From: Candidatus Thorarchaeota archaeon
GTDB lineage: Archaea; Asgardarchaeota; Thorarchaeia; Thorarchaeales; Thorarchaeaceae
Assembly: GCA_016840855.1 (NCBI GenBank)
Contig: JAEORO010000069.1
Span: 64,001 to 128,000, forward strand
Direction: 5' to 3'
Length of the DNA stretch: 64,000 nt
Made by a program: the position numbers and the translations under genes. Position 1 is the first letter of the stretch; the number at the start of each line of letters is the position of its first letter. The notes below the pieces were generated by a model. It had not been told where the DNA came from and did not search any database. It was given only the letters and a program-made list of their open reading frames with translations. This document shows, piece by piece, positions 28,579 through 37,203 of the stretch.

Positions 28579-29571
28579 TTGAACATCATGGCGCACAAAG
28601 TGTTTGTTACTCGGAAAATTCCTCAAGAAGGCATCGACATGCTCACAAGCAAATTCGATGTCTCTATTTGGCAATCTGAATATCCTCCCACAAAAAATGA
28701 GATAATTGAAATGGCAGCAGACTGCCAGGGACTAATAACTCTCCTCTCAGACCCTGTTGATTCGGAACTGATCGCAAAACTTCCTAATCTAAGAGTGATT
28801 GCACAGTACGCTGTTGGTTATGACAATATTGATGTGAAAGAAGCATCAAAGAGGGGAATCCTAATCACCAATACTCCAGGAGTCCTAACAGAAACTACAG
28901 CAGATTTGACTTGGGCATTAATATTAGCTACAGCAAGACGTATTGCTGAAGCCGACAGATATGTCAGGAATGGAAAATGGCATGTGGCATGGGGACCTCA
29001 ATTGCTACTAGGAATTGATATTCACGGTGCGACTCTAGGCATAGTTGGCATGGGGAGAATTGGGCAAGCTGTTGCAAGAAGGGCAAGAGGATTCGATATG
29101 AGAGTCCTCTATCACTCCCGAAGTCGCAATGATGATGTTGCTGCTATGGAGAACCAAATGAACCTCAAACCAGCCAAATTGGAAACTCTTCTTCGTGAAT
29201 CCGATATTGTGAGTCTGCATGTTCCTCTTACCTCTGAAACCTACCATCTCATTGGGAAGAAAGAGATAGAAATGATGAAACAAGGTGCCATATTAATCAA
29301 CACCTCTAGAGGACAGGTTGTCAATCAAGAGGCATTAGTAGAAGCTCTTTCAACTGGAAAACTCGGAGGTGCAGGGATTGATGTATTTAGGGAAGAGCCA
29401 ATTAAGGAGGATGATCCATTGTTAGATCTTGAAAATGTGGTCCTTGTCCCACATATAGGAAGTGCCAGTAGAAAAACAAGGACAACAATGTCTGTAATGT
29501 GTGCAAGGAACGTTATTGCTGCTTTGAATAATGAGAAGCCGCCAAATATTGTAAACCCGGAGGTATTCTGA
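28579..29571 (+). CDS. gyaR: Glyoxylate reductase / D-2-hydroxyacid dehydrogenase
   Basis: VGYDNID, GMGRIG, INTSRG, DVFREEP, PHIGSA. Confidence 0.88.
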   Translation: MNIMAHKVFVTRKIPQEGIDMLTSKFDVSIWQSEYPPTKNEIIEMAADCQGLITLLSDPVDSELIAKLPNLRVIAQYAVGYDNIDVKEASKRGILITNTPGVLTETTADLTWALILATARRIAEADRYVRNGKWHVAWGPQLLLGIDIHGATLGIVGMGRIGQAVARRARGFDMRVLYHSRSRNDDVAAMENQMNLKPAKLETLLRESDIVSLHVPLTSETYHLIGKKEIEMMKQGAILINTSRGQVVNQEALVEALSTGKLGGAGIDVFREEPIKEDDPLLDLENVVLVPHIGSASRKTRTTMSVMCARNVIAALNNEKPPNIVNPEVF

Positions 29572-30105
29572 TTGAGTATCGAGTGTATTAAAAAATTGAT
29601 GTCACGACAATCAATTAGAAGATTTACAAGTGAACCTATTCCTGATTCAACAATAGAAGAACTAGTAAGTATAGGAACTAGGGCACCGAGTGCAGGGAAT
29701 CGTCAGCCATGGAGGATTATTATTGTAACAAATAAGGATTTGAGGAAACATCTTGCAAATGATGCATTTAACCAAGATTTCATTGCTGGTGCACCGGTCA
29801 TCTTTGTCATATGTGCAGTCCCCGAAGAGTCAGCTGAAAGATATCATGATCGTGGAAGAACCCTCTATGTCTATCAAGATACAGCAGCTCTCACTTTGAA
29901 CATTCTATATGGCGCACATTTTCATGGGTATGGAGCGTGCTGGATAGGAGCGTTTGACGAGGATGCAGTTTCAAAAACTCTCAAAATACCATTCAACATG
30001 CGACCTGTTTCGATGATACCAGTGGGCAAAATTGATGGAGCTTGTCCACCTCTGCGACAAAGAAGAAAATCCTCTGAGATTATTATACAGGAGAGTTTTC
30101 CCTAA
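29572..30105 (+). CDS. Nitroreductase family protein
   Basis: RQSIRRF, APSAGNRQPW, GACWIGAF. Confidence 0.9.
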   Translation: MSIECIKKLMSRQSIRRFTSEPIPDSTIEELVSIGTRAPSAGNRQPWRIIIVTNKDLRKHLANDAFNQDFIAGAPVIFVICAVPEESAERYHDRGRTLYVYQDTAALTLNILYGAHFHGYGACWIGAFDEDAVSKTLKIPFNMRPVSMIPVGKIDGACPPLRQRRKSSEIIIQESFP

Positions 30106-30198
30106 CCAAATTTAGTTTTAATTTGTTGAATTATGAAGTGACAAATGGAACTTCAGATTGGCTTGGGGTAGGTCCTGACGAGCTTCACTATTTGAAAC

Positions 30199-30235
30199 AA
30201 GAAAAAGAAGGGGGATGGGGGCAAAGCCCCCATGT
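30199..30235 (-). terminator. Hairpin terminator of the large S8 gene
   Basis: CATGGGGGC-TTT-GCCCCCAT stem then CTTCTTTTTCTT on the minus strand. Confidence 0.65.
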
Positions 30236-30264
30236 TCCGTTAAACTATACTTCCTCTGTAGCTA

Positions 30265-33200
30265 CTACTTCTTCCTAATTAGGAAGAGTATCAACAGCAC
30301 AACAACACCAACACCGATTCCACCAATCAATCCAATAAGGAGTGGATCAAAAATCACCTCACCTGTTGTAGGTGTGGTTGGTGGGGTGGATGTAGTGGGT
30401 GGCGGTGTTGTGACTGGCACATTACCTGCAGAGAATGGACCACTGATTGAGTCTACGTATAGAGCCATTGGACCGTATGAGTCTGGTGGACTCTCAGCAG
30501 TACCGAGTGGTTCGCCGTCAACTATGATTCCAAGGTCAACGCTGTATACTCGTACTCTATAGTAGTAGTCGCCTTCAAGCCATCCATCCGAATCCCAGAC
30601 AAAGAACGTTTCAGTCAAGTTCTGCCCTAAGAGCTGGTATGTATCGCCTCCATCTGAGCTAAGCCAGACCATGTAGAAGATGGAATCATCCTCGTTTCGG
30701 TCTGTCGCTGAGAATGTGAAGTTATAGCGATCATCACCAAGATCGATAGCATCATTGATTGTTAGTTTCGGTCCGAAGAAGTTACGGAAGGTGACTTTTC
30801 CAAAGTCAATGAGCCAGACGACATCAGTTTCAGTCCAGCAGTACAGGTAGATGTCCATAGTCTTGTTGACTAGTATGTTATAGGTGTCATATGTGACAAG
30901 ATCTGTAGCACTTGGCAAGTCAATTGAAACCCTTGTGTCAACTTCAAGCATGTAGCTCTGATGGTTGTATGCCCAAGCCCAGCAGAACACACGGATGGCA
31001 ATGTACATGTCAGCAGGAGAAATGTATGTACCAGTTTCAGCTGCTCCACCGCCTCCGTTGTCCACAGACAGGAGCGCAGCTCCAGTGTTATCTGGAACCT
31101 CATTAAGCTCTACAAGCCCGTTAGAATTGAGATCATTCCATTCATAGACATCGAATGATGGGTCTGCACTGCCTTGTGCATCTAAGGTCACGACGACTGT
31201 GTCACCTGCAGATATGGGACCGACAGTTTGCCAGATGTAGATATCAGTGCTGGTCAATGGAACTGGCCAGGTATCAGCACCTTGGGGATCTGCATATGTA
31301 CCTGTTGGATGTGCATAAAGACCACTCAAGAGACTCAGTTGTGTACCAGTAATGACTGAGTATTCCGGAAGTCCAGCCACATCTGGAATGGTCCAATTGG
31401 TTGTCACGACAATATGGTCTCCAATCAACACATCATCCTCGGAGATGCTTGTTGGGGTTGTCATATCTTTAGCAGTCCACTTGAAATCGTTCTCAGCTTG
31501 CGTCAAGGCTGTTGGGCCATAGACCTGGAACGTAATTTTGATGGGTTCCGGTACATCCGCACCATCAAACACGTGGATGTTGTATTCAAACCAGTATGTA
31601 CCATTTATCAGATAGCCAGGATCCCAAATAATGGTGTTAGTCAAATCACCTGTTGGTTGTGGGTCAAATGGACGACCACCATCATTTGTGCCTGTGATAG
31701 TAGCACCGAGTTCATCCCTTAGTTGCATGTCAACTACAGTTCCTTGGTTCATCCACTCAGCTCTCATGACGAGAACTGATGCATTGATTGCATCGTTGTA
31801 CGGAATATCGATGTGGAATATTGTGAAACCACCGCCCTCTTGAGTACTGTCTGTACCAGGAGTGAAGTGTGTTATCGCTGTTCCACTATCGTATGGGGTC
31901 ACTTCGGGACCTGCTCCATCGACAAGGACCATTTCAGCACCCGCTGCACCATCAAGAGGCATCTCGACAGTGTAGGAGTATGGTATCTCGTGAGTGAAGC
32001 CACCAGCCACAAATGTGATTGATCCCTGATGGAATCCGTACTCAGCATCTGCATCTACAGTGAGTGTTGCATTGACACCAGTTGTGCCATCGTCAGTAAT
32101 AACGACATCAGTATCGGGTGTCTGTGCCCAGATCTGTATTGTCACATCTACAGTCACTCCACTAGCACCAAACAGAATCAGTGTTGGGTTGTAACTGAAG
32201 AGATTTGACAATGCAACAGGATCAGCAACACGGAAGGTGAGCAGATTAGGTTCATCACAGCGCTGTACATAGACAAGATAGTCACCATCTGTACCGTTCC
32301 AGAAGTTCAATTCTGGTCCACCAGCTGTGTCACTCCAATCGAACAGACGACCTGTAATGCCCATATCAGATGCATCAAATGCAACCTGGATAGTCGCGTA
32401 TCTAGCAGCAAGGAAGGCAGTCTGTTCTGGACCAGTCATGTTGTCAAAGAGATTGAAGTATCCAGACCTAATGACATTGGTAAGAGTGTCATTGTATGTG
32501 TAGCCAGTGAGTGAGAACTCAAGCTTGGAACCTTCAGTGTAGTACCACGGTTGTGGTGCTGAACTGAAACTAGCAGTGTTTGCGCCATTTCCAGCATAAT
32601 CGTCTATGTTCAGAGTGATTGTCTTCACTTCTGATCGAGTGACTGTGCCAAAGAATATGTCGCTTGACTCTAGACCTACAGGATCAAACCAGTCCTCGTA
32701 GTAGATGTCATCAAATGGAGCCCAATAGGGTACCCAGTATGCCCATGACTCAGCAATCTGTTCAGCATAGCTTGCAAAGCTCTCTGATTCGAAGATGAAT
32801 TCAGATGTGTATCCTTCTTGGATAGCCCTGCATGCAGCCTCAGCATTGATGAAGCCGTGGCCTTGTACAGCTGGGTCATAACCCATGTCATCAGCAGTTG
32901 ATAAGAGAATGTCTTTTGTTAACTGCGGTGATGGCATTACAGCTCCGTGGTTGTCAGCCCAAGCTTCCATGATTAAGGCAGATACACCTGCTGCAAGTGG
33001 ACAGGAAAGACTTGTTCCAGACCAAGAGAGGAATGTAGGACCAGCATCAAGCCAGTCATTCTCTGATGGTTCCGGATTATATCCGAAGAATCCAGGAGCC
33101 ATTACATCAGGCTTCACGTAGCCAGTGTATGCTGGACCTGTAGCTGAGAAGAATGCTTGCTGATAGTTTGGTTGGTATGGATAGTAGGAGTTGACATAGT

Positions 33201-35097
33201 AATGGTTTGCCATGGTCGCACCAACGCTAATCACAGAGAATGTGCCGCCAGGTGTGCCCATTGAACCATAGTCACTACCTTCATTGCCCGCAGAGAACAA
33301 AATCAGCACTCCAGGATAGGACGGTGCCAATACACCAGGTACTGATGCAAGGTCCCACACCATTGAGTAAATTCTCAACTGAAGGTACATGCCACCAGGA
33401 CCCCAACCCCAAGAGTTGGAAACCATGTGAGCCCTGTGACTTGGTCCATCACCAATGTATTCCCAGTAGCCAGAGGTTTCATTCAGAGTGAAGCCCATGG
33501 CCCAAACTTGAGCAGCTAAATCACCACCTGCGGATATTCCTTTAGAGGCAATGATCTTAGCACCAGGAGCTACACCGGGTAGATAATAGAGTGTTCCATT
33601 ACCGTAGATGTCATGACCATAGGTACCAGCTGATGCAATTGCAGAAGCTGTCCAGTGGCCGTGATCGGTTGATGTTGTGAACAATGAGTTCCATGCCATA
33701 CCATCATCAGCGATACCGAAGAACAGGCCAGGATCCTCAGTCAAGTAACCAAGACTGTCTAATGCCCAGCTTAGTGAGCCAAGACCACAATCCATTACGC
33801 CATCATCGTCAACATCAGCTGTAAGAACGTTATTTCCTTTATTGAAGACGTAACCTTCAGCAATATCATCAACGAAGCTCCAATCCATCATTCCTGTGAT
33901 TAGATCTCTGTCAGCAGTGACATTGAGGTCTATCTCATAGGGTAGATATGGTGTACCAGCGGGATGTTGTGATCGAATTGCCCAGTTCCACATTCGAGTC
34001 CATGCAAGTGTGCCATTCCAGTCAATAATTAGATCATCATCATAAATCATTGAAGGAGCGAACACTTTTGCATAACCATCAATCTTCTGTTGGTATGCCC
34101 AACCGAATGTGTAATTATCAGCTGTAGGAGCAGGAATCTCCCAGTCCTTCCACATCTCATGGTAGACAAACTCAGAAACATTGTTTCCACCCCATGCCCA
34201 CTCATATAGACCGATGAAACCAACAACATCACCTTCTGGGTAACCATCTCCATATGGAGGTCGAACGCCCATGAGGTTTCTATGACTACCTTCCATGTTA
34301 CAAACTGGATCCCAGCCTGAAACATCAAGATAGTATTTACCGCCCATCTCGTAAGTCAGAAGATATCCAGCTTCGAGCCAAGCAGTTGTGTTTTCTACAT
34401 AGGTACTGTTTGCGATTACCATCTCAGTCAAACCCATACTTGATGGGTCATAGGACATTGGGTATGTACCATTGTTGTACTCAGCATTCCTTAGGTCTTC
34501 TTGGCTGAAGTCGACACCAGAGTCGACGACACCTACGATGACGCCATCTCCAGAATAGCCAGTAGCATATGGTCCAGTAGCGCCGATTAATTCGTTGATA
34601 TAGAACATATCAGGATTAACCAGGTCTGCCAAATCCGTTGCCGGTTCAGGCGCTCGGATGTAGTCAGCTTGGATGTATTGAATTCCATCAAAAGATGTCA
34701 GCTTTTTCAAAGCAGAAATCGAGCTTACATCAACTGATGCCACCCTCAAGAGTTTTAGATCAATCTGCCATCGTACCTTTGCAACATCTGCAAGTACGGA
34801 AGCATCAAATGAAGGTGTGAGATACAGCAAAAGCTTTGTGTCACCACTTGTTGTTGTGACTACACTATCATCCAAAACACCTGTTTCGATATAGGATGTT
34901 ATTATTGGATCAACTTTCTCCACCGGGAAGTTTTCCTGTAGACGTTGTGCCCACTTTTGGATAAACTCCTTTTGATAATCGGTTGGAGCTGCTACCTGGG
35001 AGTCAACATTGGCGAGAGGTGCGAATGGCACAAGTGCCATGCTTATAACGAACACACCACAAAGAAGTAGAACCGCAGTTTTTCTCAGGTTATTCAT
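30265..35097 (-). CDS. Large secreted, C-terminally anchored subtilisin-like (S8) serine protease
   Basis: Signal peptide; VVDSG (Asp), DHGH (His), SAGNEG, SGTSLSCP (Ser); Thr/Pro linker, TM, RKK tail. Confidence 0.9.
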   Translation of the reverse strand: MNNLRKTAVLLLCGVFVISMALVPFAPLANVDSQVAAPTDYQKEFIQKWAQRLQENFPVEKVDPIITSYIETGVLDDSVVTTTSGDTKLLLYLTPSFDASVLADVAKVRWQIDLKLLRVASVDVSSISALKKLTSFDGIQYIQADYIRAPEPATDLADLVNPDMFYINELIGATGPYATGYSGDGVIVGVVDSGVDFSQEDLRNAEYNNGTYPMSYDPSSMGLTEMVIANSTYVENTTAWLEAGYLLTYEMGGKYYLDVSGWDPVCNMEGSHRNLMGVRPPYGDGYPEGDVVGFIGLYEWAWGGNNVSEFVYHEMWKDWEIPAPTADNYTFGWAYQQKIDGYAKVFAPSMIYDDDLIIDWNGTLAWTRMWNWAIRSQHPAGTPYLPYEIDLNVTADRDLITGMMDWSFVDDIAEGYVFNKGNNVLTADVDDDGVMDCGLGSLSWALDSLGYLTEDPGLFFGIADDGMAWNSLFTTSTDHGHWTASAIASAGTYGHDIYGNGTLYYLPGVAPGAKIIASKGISAGGDLAAQVWAMGFTLNETSGYWEYIGDGPSHRAHMVSNSWGWGPGGMYLQLRIYSMVWDLASVPGVLAPSYPGVLILFSAGNEGSDYGSMGTPGGTFSVISVGATMANHYYVNSYYPYQPNYQQAFFSATGPAYTGYVKPDVMAPGFFGYNPEPSENDWLDAGPTFLSWSGTSLSCPLAAGVSALIMEAWADNHGAVMPSPQLTKDILLSTADDMGYDPAVQGHGFINAEAACRAIQEGYTSEFIFESESFASYAEQIAESWAYWVPYWAPFDDIYYEDWFDPVGLESSDIFFGTVTRSEVKTITLNIDDYAGNGANTASFSSAPQPWYYTEGSKLEFSLTGYTYNDTLTNVIRSGYFNLFDNMTGPEQTAFLAARYATIQVAFDASDMGITGRLFDWSDTAGGPELNFWNGTDGDYLVYVQRCDEPNLLTFRVADPVALSNLFSYNPTLILFGASGVTVDVTIQIWAQTPDTDVVITDDGTTGVNATLTVDADAEYGFHQGSITFVAGGFTHEIPYSYTVEMPLDGAAGAEMVLVDGAGPEVTPYDSGTAITHFTPGTDSTQEGGGFTIFHIDIPYNDAINASVLVMRAEWMNQGTVVDMQLRDELGATITGTNDGGRPFDPQPTGDLTNTIIWDPGYLINGTYWFEYNIHVFDGADVPEPIKITFQVYGPTALTQAENDFKWTAKDMTTPTSISEDDVLIGDHIVVTTNWTIPDVAGLPEYSVITGTQLSLLSGLYAHPTGTYADPQGADTWPVPLTSTDIYIWQTVGPISAGDTVVVTLDAQGSADPSFDVYEWNDLNSNGLVELNEVPDNTGAALLSVDNGGGGAAETGTYISPADMYIAIRVFCWAWAYNHQSYMLEVDTRVSIDLPSATDLVTYDTYNILVNKTMDIYLYCWTETDVVWLIDFGKVTFRNFFGPKLTINDAIDLGDDRYNFTFSATDRNEDDSIFYMVWLSSDGGDTYQLLGQNLTETFFVWDSDGWLEGDYYYRVRVYSVDLGIIVDGEPLGTAESPPDSYGPMALYVDSISGPFSAGNVPVTTPPPTTSTPPTTPTTGEVIFDPLLIGLIGGIGVGVVVLLILFLIRKK

Positions 35098-35189
35098 TTT
35101 CTATTTTTCTCCTCACGTTTTAAGTGGAGAACAAGTACATCATGAAGGACAAGCCATCTCCGCATCGATGGTGTCTCCTCTAGACGCAT
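35094..35189 (-). CDS. Putative 31-aa uORF (MRLEETPSMRRWLVLHDVLVLHLKREEKNRK) coupled to the S8 gene
   Basis: GGAGGT SD just upstream; its TGA overlaps the S8 ATG (ATGA). Confidence 0.4.
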   Translation of the reverse strand: MRLEETPSMRRWLVLHDVLVLHLKREEKNRK

Positions 35190-35538
35190 AAAAACCTCCA
35201 AAACTGGCCATGCGGTGGTCAGTTCTCTCCTCTAAAGCGTTCTCCACGGGTATGTGATTAGTCCTCGTCAGCAATATAGTTACTATTAAGCATTGTGCAA
35301 GAATTATACTAACAAGAACGGTTCATTTTCCCCCAATGAGTCTACACCAATTTCATGTTACGTAGATAAGAAGAAAGAGAGCCCATATCATCTATTATCT
35401 TAAAAAAGAAGTTATGAGGTCCGGAAATAGCCTTTGTGTAGGCATATACACTACCTTCTAAAACAATTTTCGAAAGAATCCATTAATCAATTTGTCGTCA
35501 GAAATATCAGGCATTGATTTGAAGAAGCGAAATCCGGA

Positions 35539-36654
35539 TTATTGGCGAACAAGTTTCTTTATTGAATCAACAATCTCATTCACCATGATTATGGCTCCAA
35601 TCATCTCGACTTTCGGTTCCTCTCCATGGGAGTCACCAACTTCTCTGGCAACCCGAGTCATAGAACGACCTAGACTCTCTATCAATGAAACCAATGCTCG
35701 TTTGCCACCATCGCTCTGATTACTCGATTCAACTTGCGAGATAAGGTCAACAAGATCAGAAATGACACTATCAGAAACTTCAGCAGCAGTTTCAGCTCTC
35801 CGTCCTAAATCATCCCATTTCATTTGGGCATCTTTCAATTTACTTGACAACTCAACAACGATATTATCATCAGCAAATGCAGGAGAGGTCCTAGTTGCTC
35901 CTTCAGCTGCAAGGCGTAAATCAGCTATTTCAGTTTCTAGAGATTCAATAAGAGCATCCTTCATCTTCAACTTCTCAAGAAGGCTTTCACTAGGAGCCGG
36001 AGCTGCAGCAGGGACTGTTTTAAGTTGCTCTTCCATTATTGCGATTGACTTTTCTCGCTCTCCAACTTCAGCTTTAATTGTTTCAAGTTCTCCTTCAAGT
36101 GCAGTGAGTGAATCCTCCTTTTCTGAGAGAAATTCATTGAGCCGTTTATTCTCTGCTTCCAGTTTTTGGAAGGCATCTTTTGATGTCTTAGCTTCCTCCT
36201 TTATATCTCTGAGCTCATCTTGTAGAGAAACAAAATCTGGATCAGGTGGTGAGATAACATAGTAGCTGATGATTGAGATAATAACAACAAATACAGCTAC
36301 ATATATGAGAGAGCTCCAAATAGAGCCAAAGAAGAGGTTAGTCAGGAGTTGCAGGAAATTTCTGAATGTAGCCGAAGAACCAAAACCTAATAGCTGACCA
36401 AATGTAGCATAAAGTACTGCAATTATTGCAACTCCAAAACTAAGGACTCCTATGAGAAGCATAATGTTGCGTTTCAAGGCGTTTTGAGGAAGGTGTCGTT
36501 GGTACAAGAACAACAAGACCGACAGCGTTAGTAAAGGAATAACGTAGGGCAACGAAGCAACAACGTCATCCATGGGAATACCAAATACAACAAGCACTTC
36601 ATATCCTATGGATGTGATATAATCAGTCATAGGGAATCCTCCAGTGTGAAACAA
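35539..36654 (-). CDS. Membrane-anchored coiled-coil protein
   Basis: Three to four N-terminal TM helices then a long heptad-rich region. Confidence 0.8.
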   Translation of the reverse strand: MFHTGGFPMTDYITSIGYEVLVVFGIPMDDVVASLPYVIPLLTLSVLLFLYQRHLPQNALKRNIMLLIGVLSFGVAIIAVLYATFGQLLGFGSSATFRNFLQLLTNLFFGSIWSSLIYVAVFVVIISIISYYVISPPDPDFVSLQDELRDIKEEAKTSKDAFQKLEAENKRLNEFLSEKEDSLTALEGELETIKAEVGEREKSIAIMEEQLKTVPAAAPAPSESLLEKLKMKDALIESLETEIADLRLAAEGATRTSPAFADDNIVVELSSKLKDAQMKWDDLGRRAETAAEVSDSVISDLVDLISQVESSNQSDGGKRALVSLIESLGRSMTRVAREVGDSHGEEPKVEMIGAIIMVNEIVDSIKKLVRQ

Positions 36655-36722
36655 GAACCTGAATCCTCTTGGAGGATAAAACTATTCTTTGTATTGCTTT
36701 CCAACGCATAAAGACATCTCTA

Positions 36723-36755
36723 GCTACTCAGACTCCTACAGAGAGTCCAAGTAGC
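36723..36755 (-). terminator. Hairpin downstream of the 36759-37049 gene
   Basis: GCTACT..GACTC / GAGTC..AGTAGC imperfect stem. Confidence 0.4.
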
Positions 36756-36758
36756 CTA

Positions 36759-37049
36759 TCACTTTCTCCATAGAGCAGCTTTTTCGACTTCGTGGTCGGT
36801 TATGGCAATTTCAAGCGCTTTTAGAAATCTTGTAGCCTCATCTATTGAGAGAAGAAACGAACCCTTGACGTTTCTATCTTCGCCAATCGAGAGCCGTATT
36901 TTTCCATCATTCACCCAGCCCTCAGAAGCTTGTTCTGGCATGCTTACCTGAAGCTCCAACCATGTTCTTCGAGTTTCCTTGGTTTCACGATCTTCGAAGA
37001 AATGTTTTAGCTGAAGACGCCGCTCATATGATTGTGGTTTTTCACCCAT
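36759..37049 (-). CDS. Small hypothetical protein
   Basis: 96-aa ORF with GGAGTGA SD; beta-strand plus C-terminal helix pattern. Confidence 0.75.
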   Translation of the reverse strand: MGEKPQSYERRLQLKHFFEDRETKETRRTWLELQVSMPEQASEGWVNDGKIRLSIGEDRNVKGSFLLSIDEATRFLKALEIAITDHEVEKAALWRK

Positions 37050-37130
37050 TTCATTAGTTCACTCCGTTTCAGGATGACATAGTGTCTATCCGTCACTATA
37101 ATATTAACATGAACAAATTTACGCACGTTT

Positions 37131-37145
37131 CTCGGAATTTCCGAG
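37131..37145. promoter_or_regulatory. Palindrome CTCGGAA-T-TTCCGAG in a divergent intergenic region
   Basis: Perfect inverted repeat ~15 bp upstream of a TTTAAG TATA-like box. Confidence 0.45.
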
Positions 37146-37203
37146 CTAGACTTGTGAGCTTTAAGAATACTAGAAAGCACTCAAGAAAACCCTTATCTTA
37201 GGT

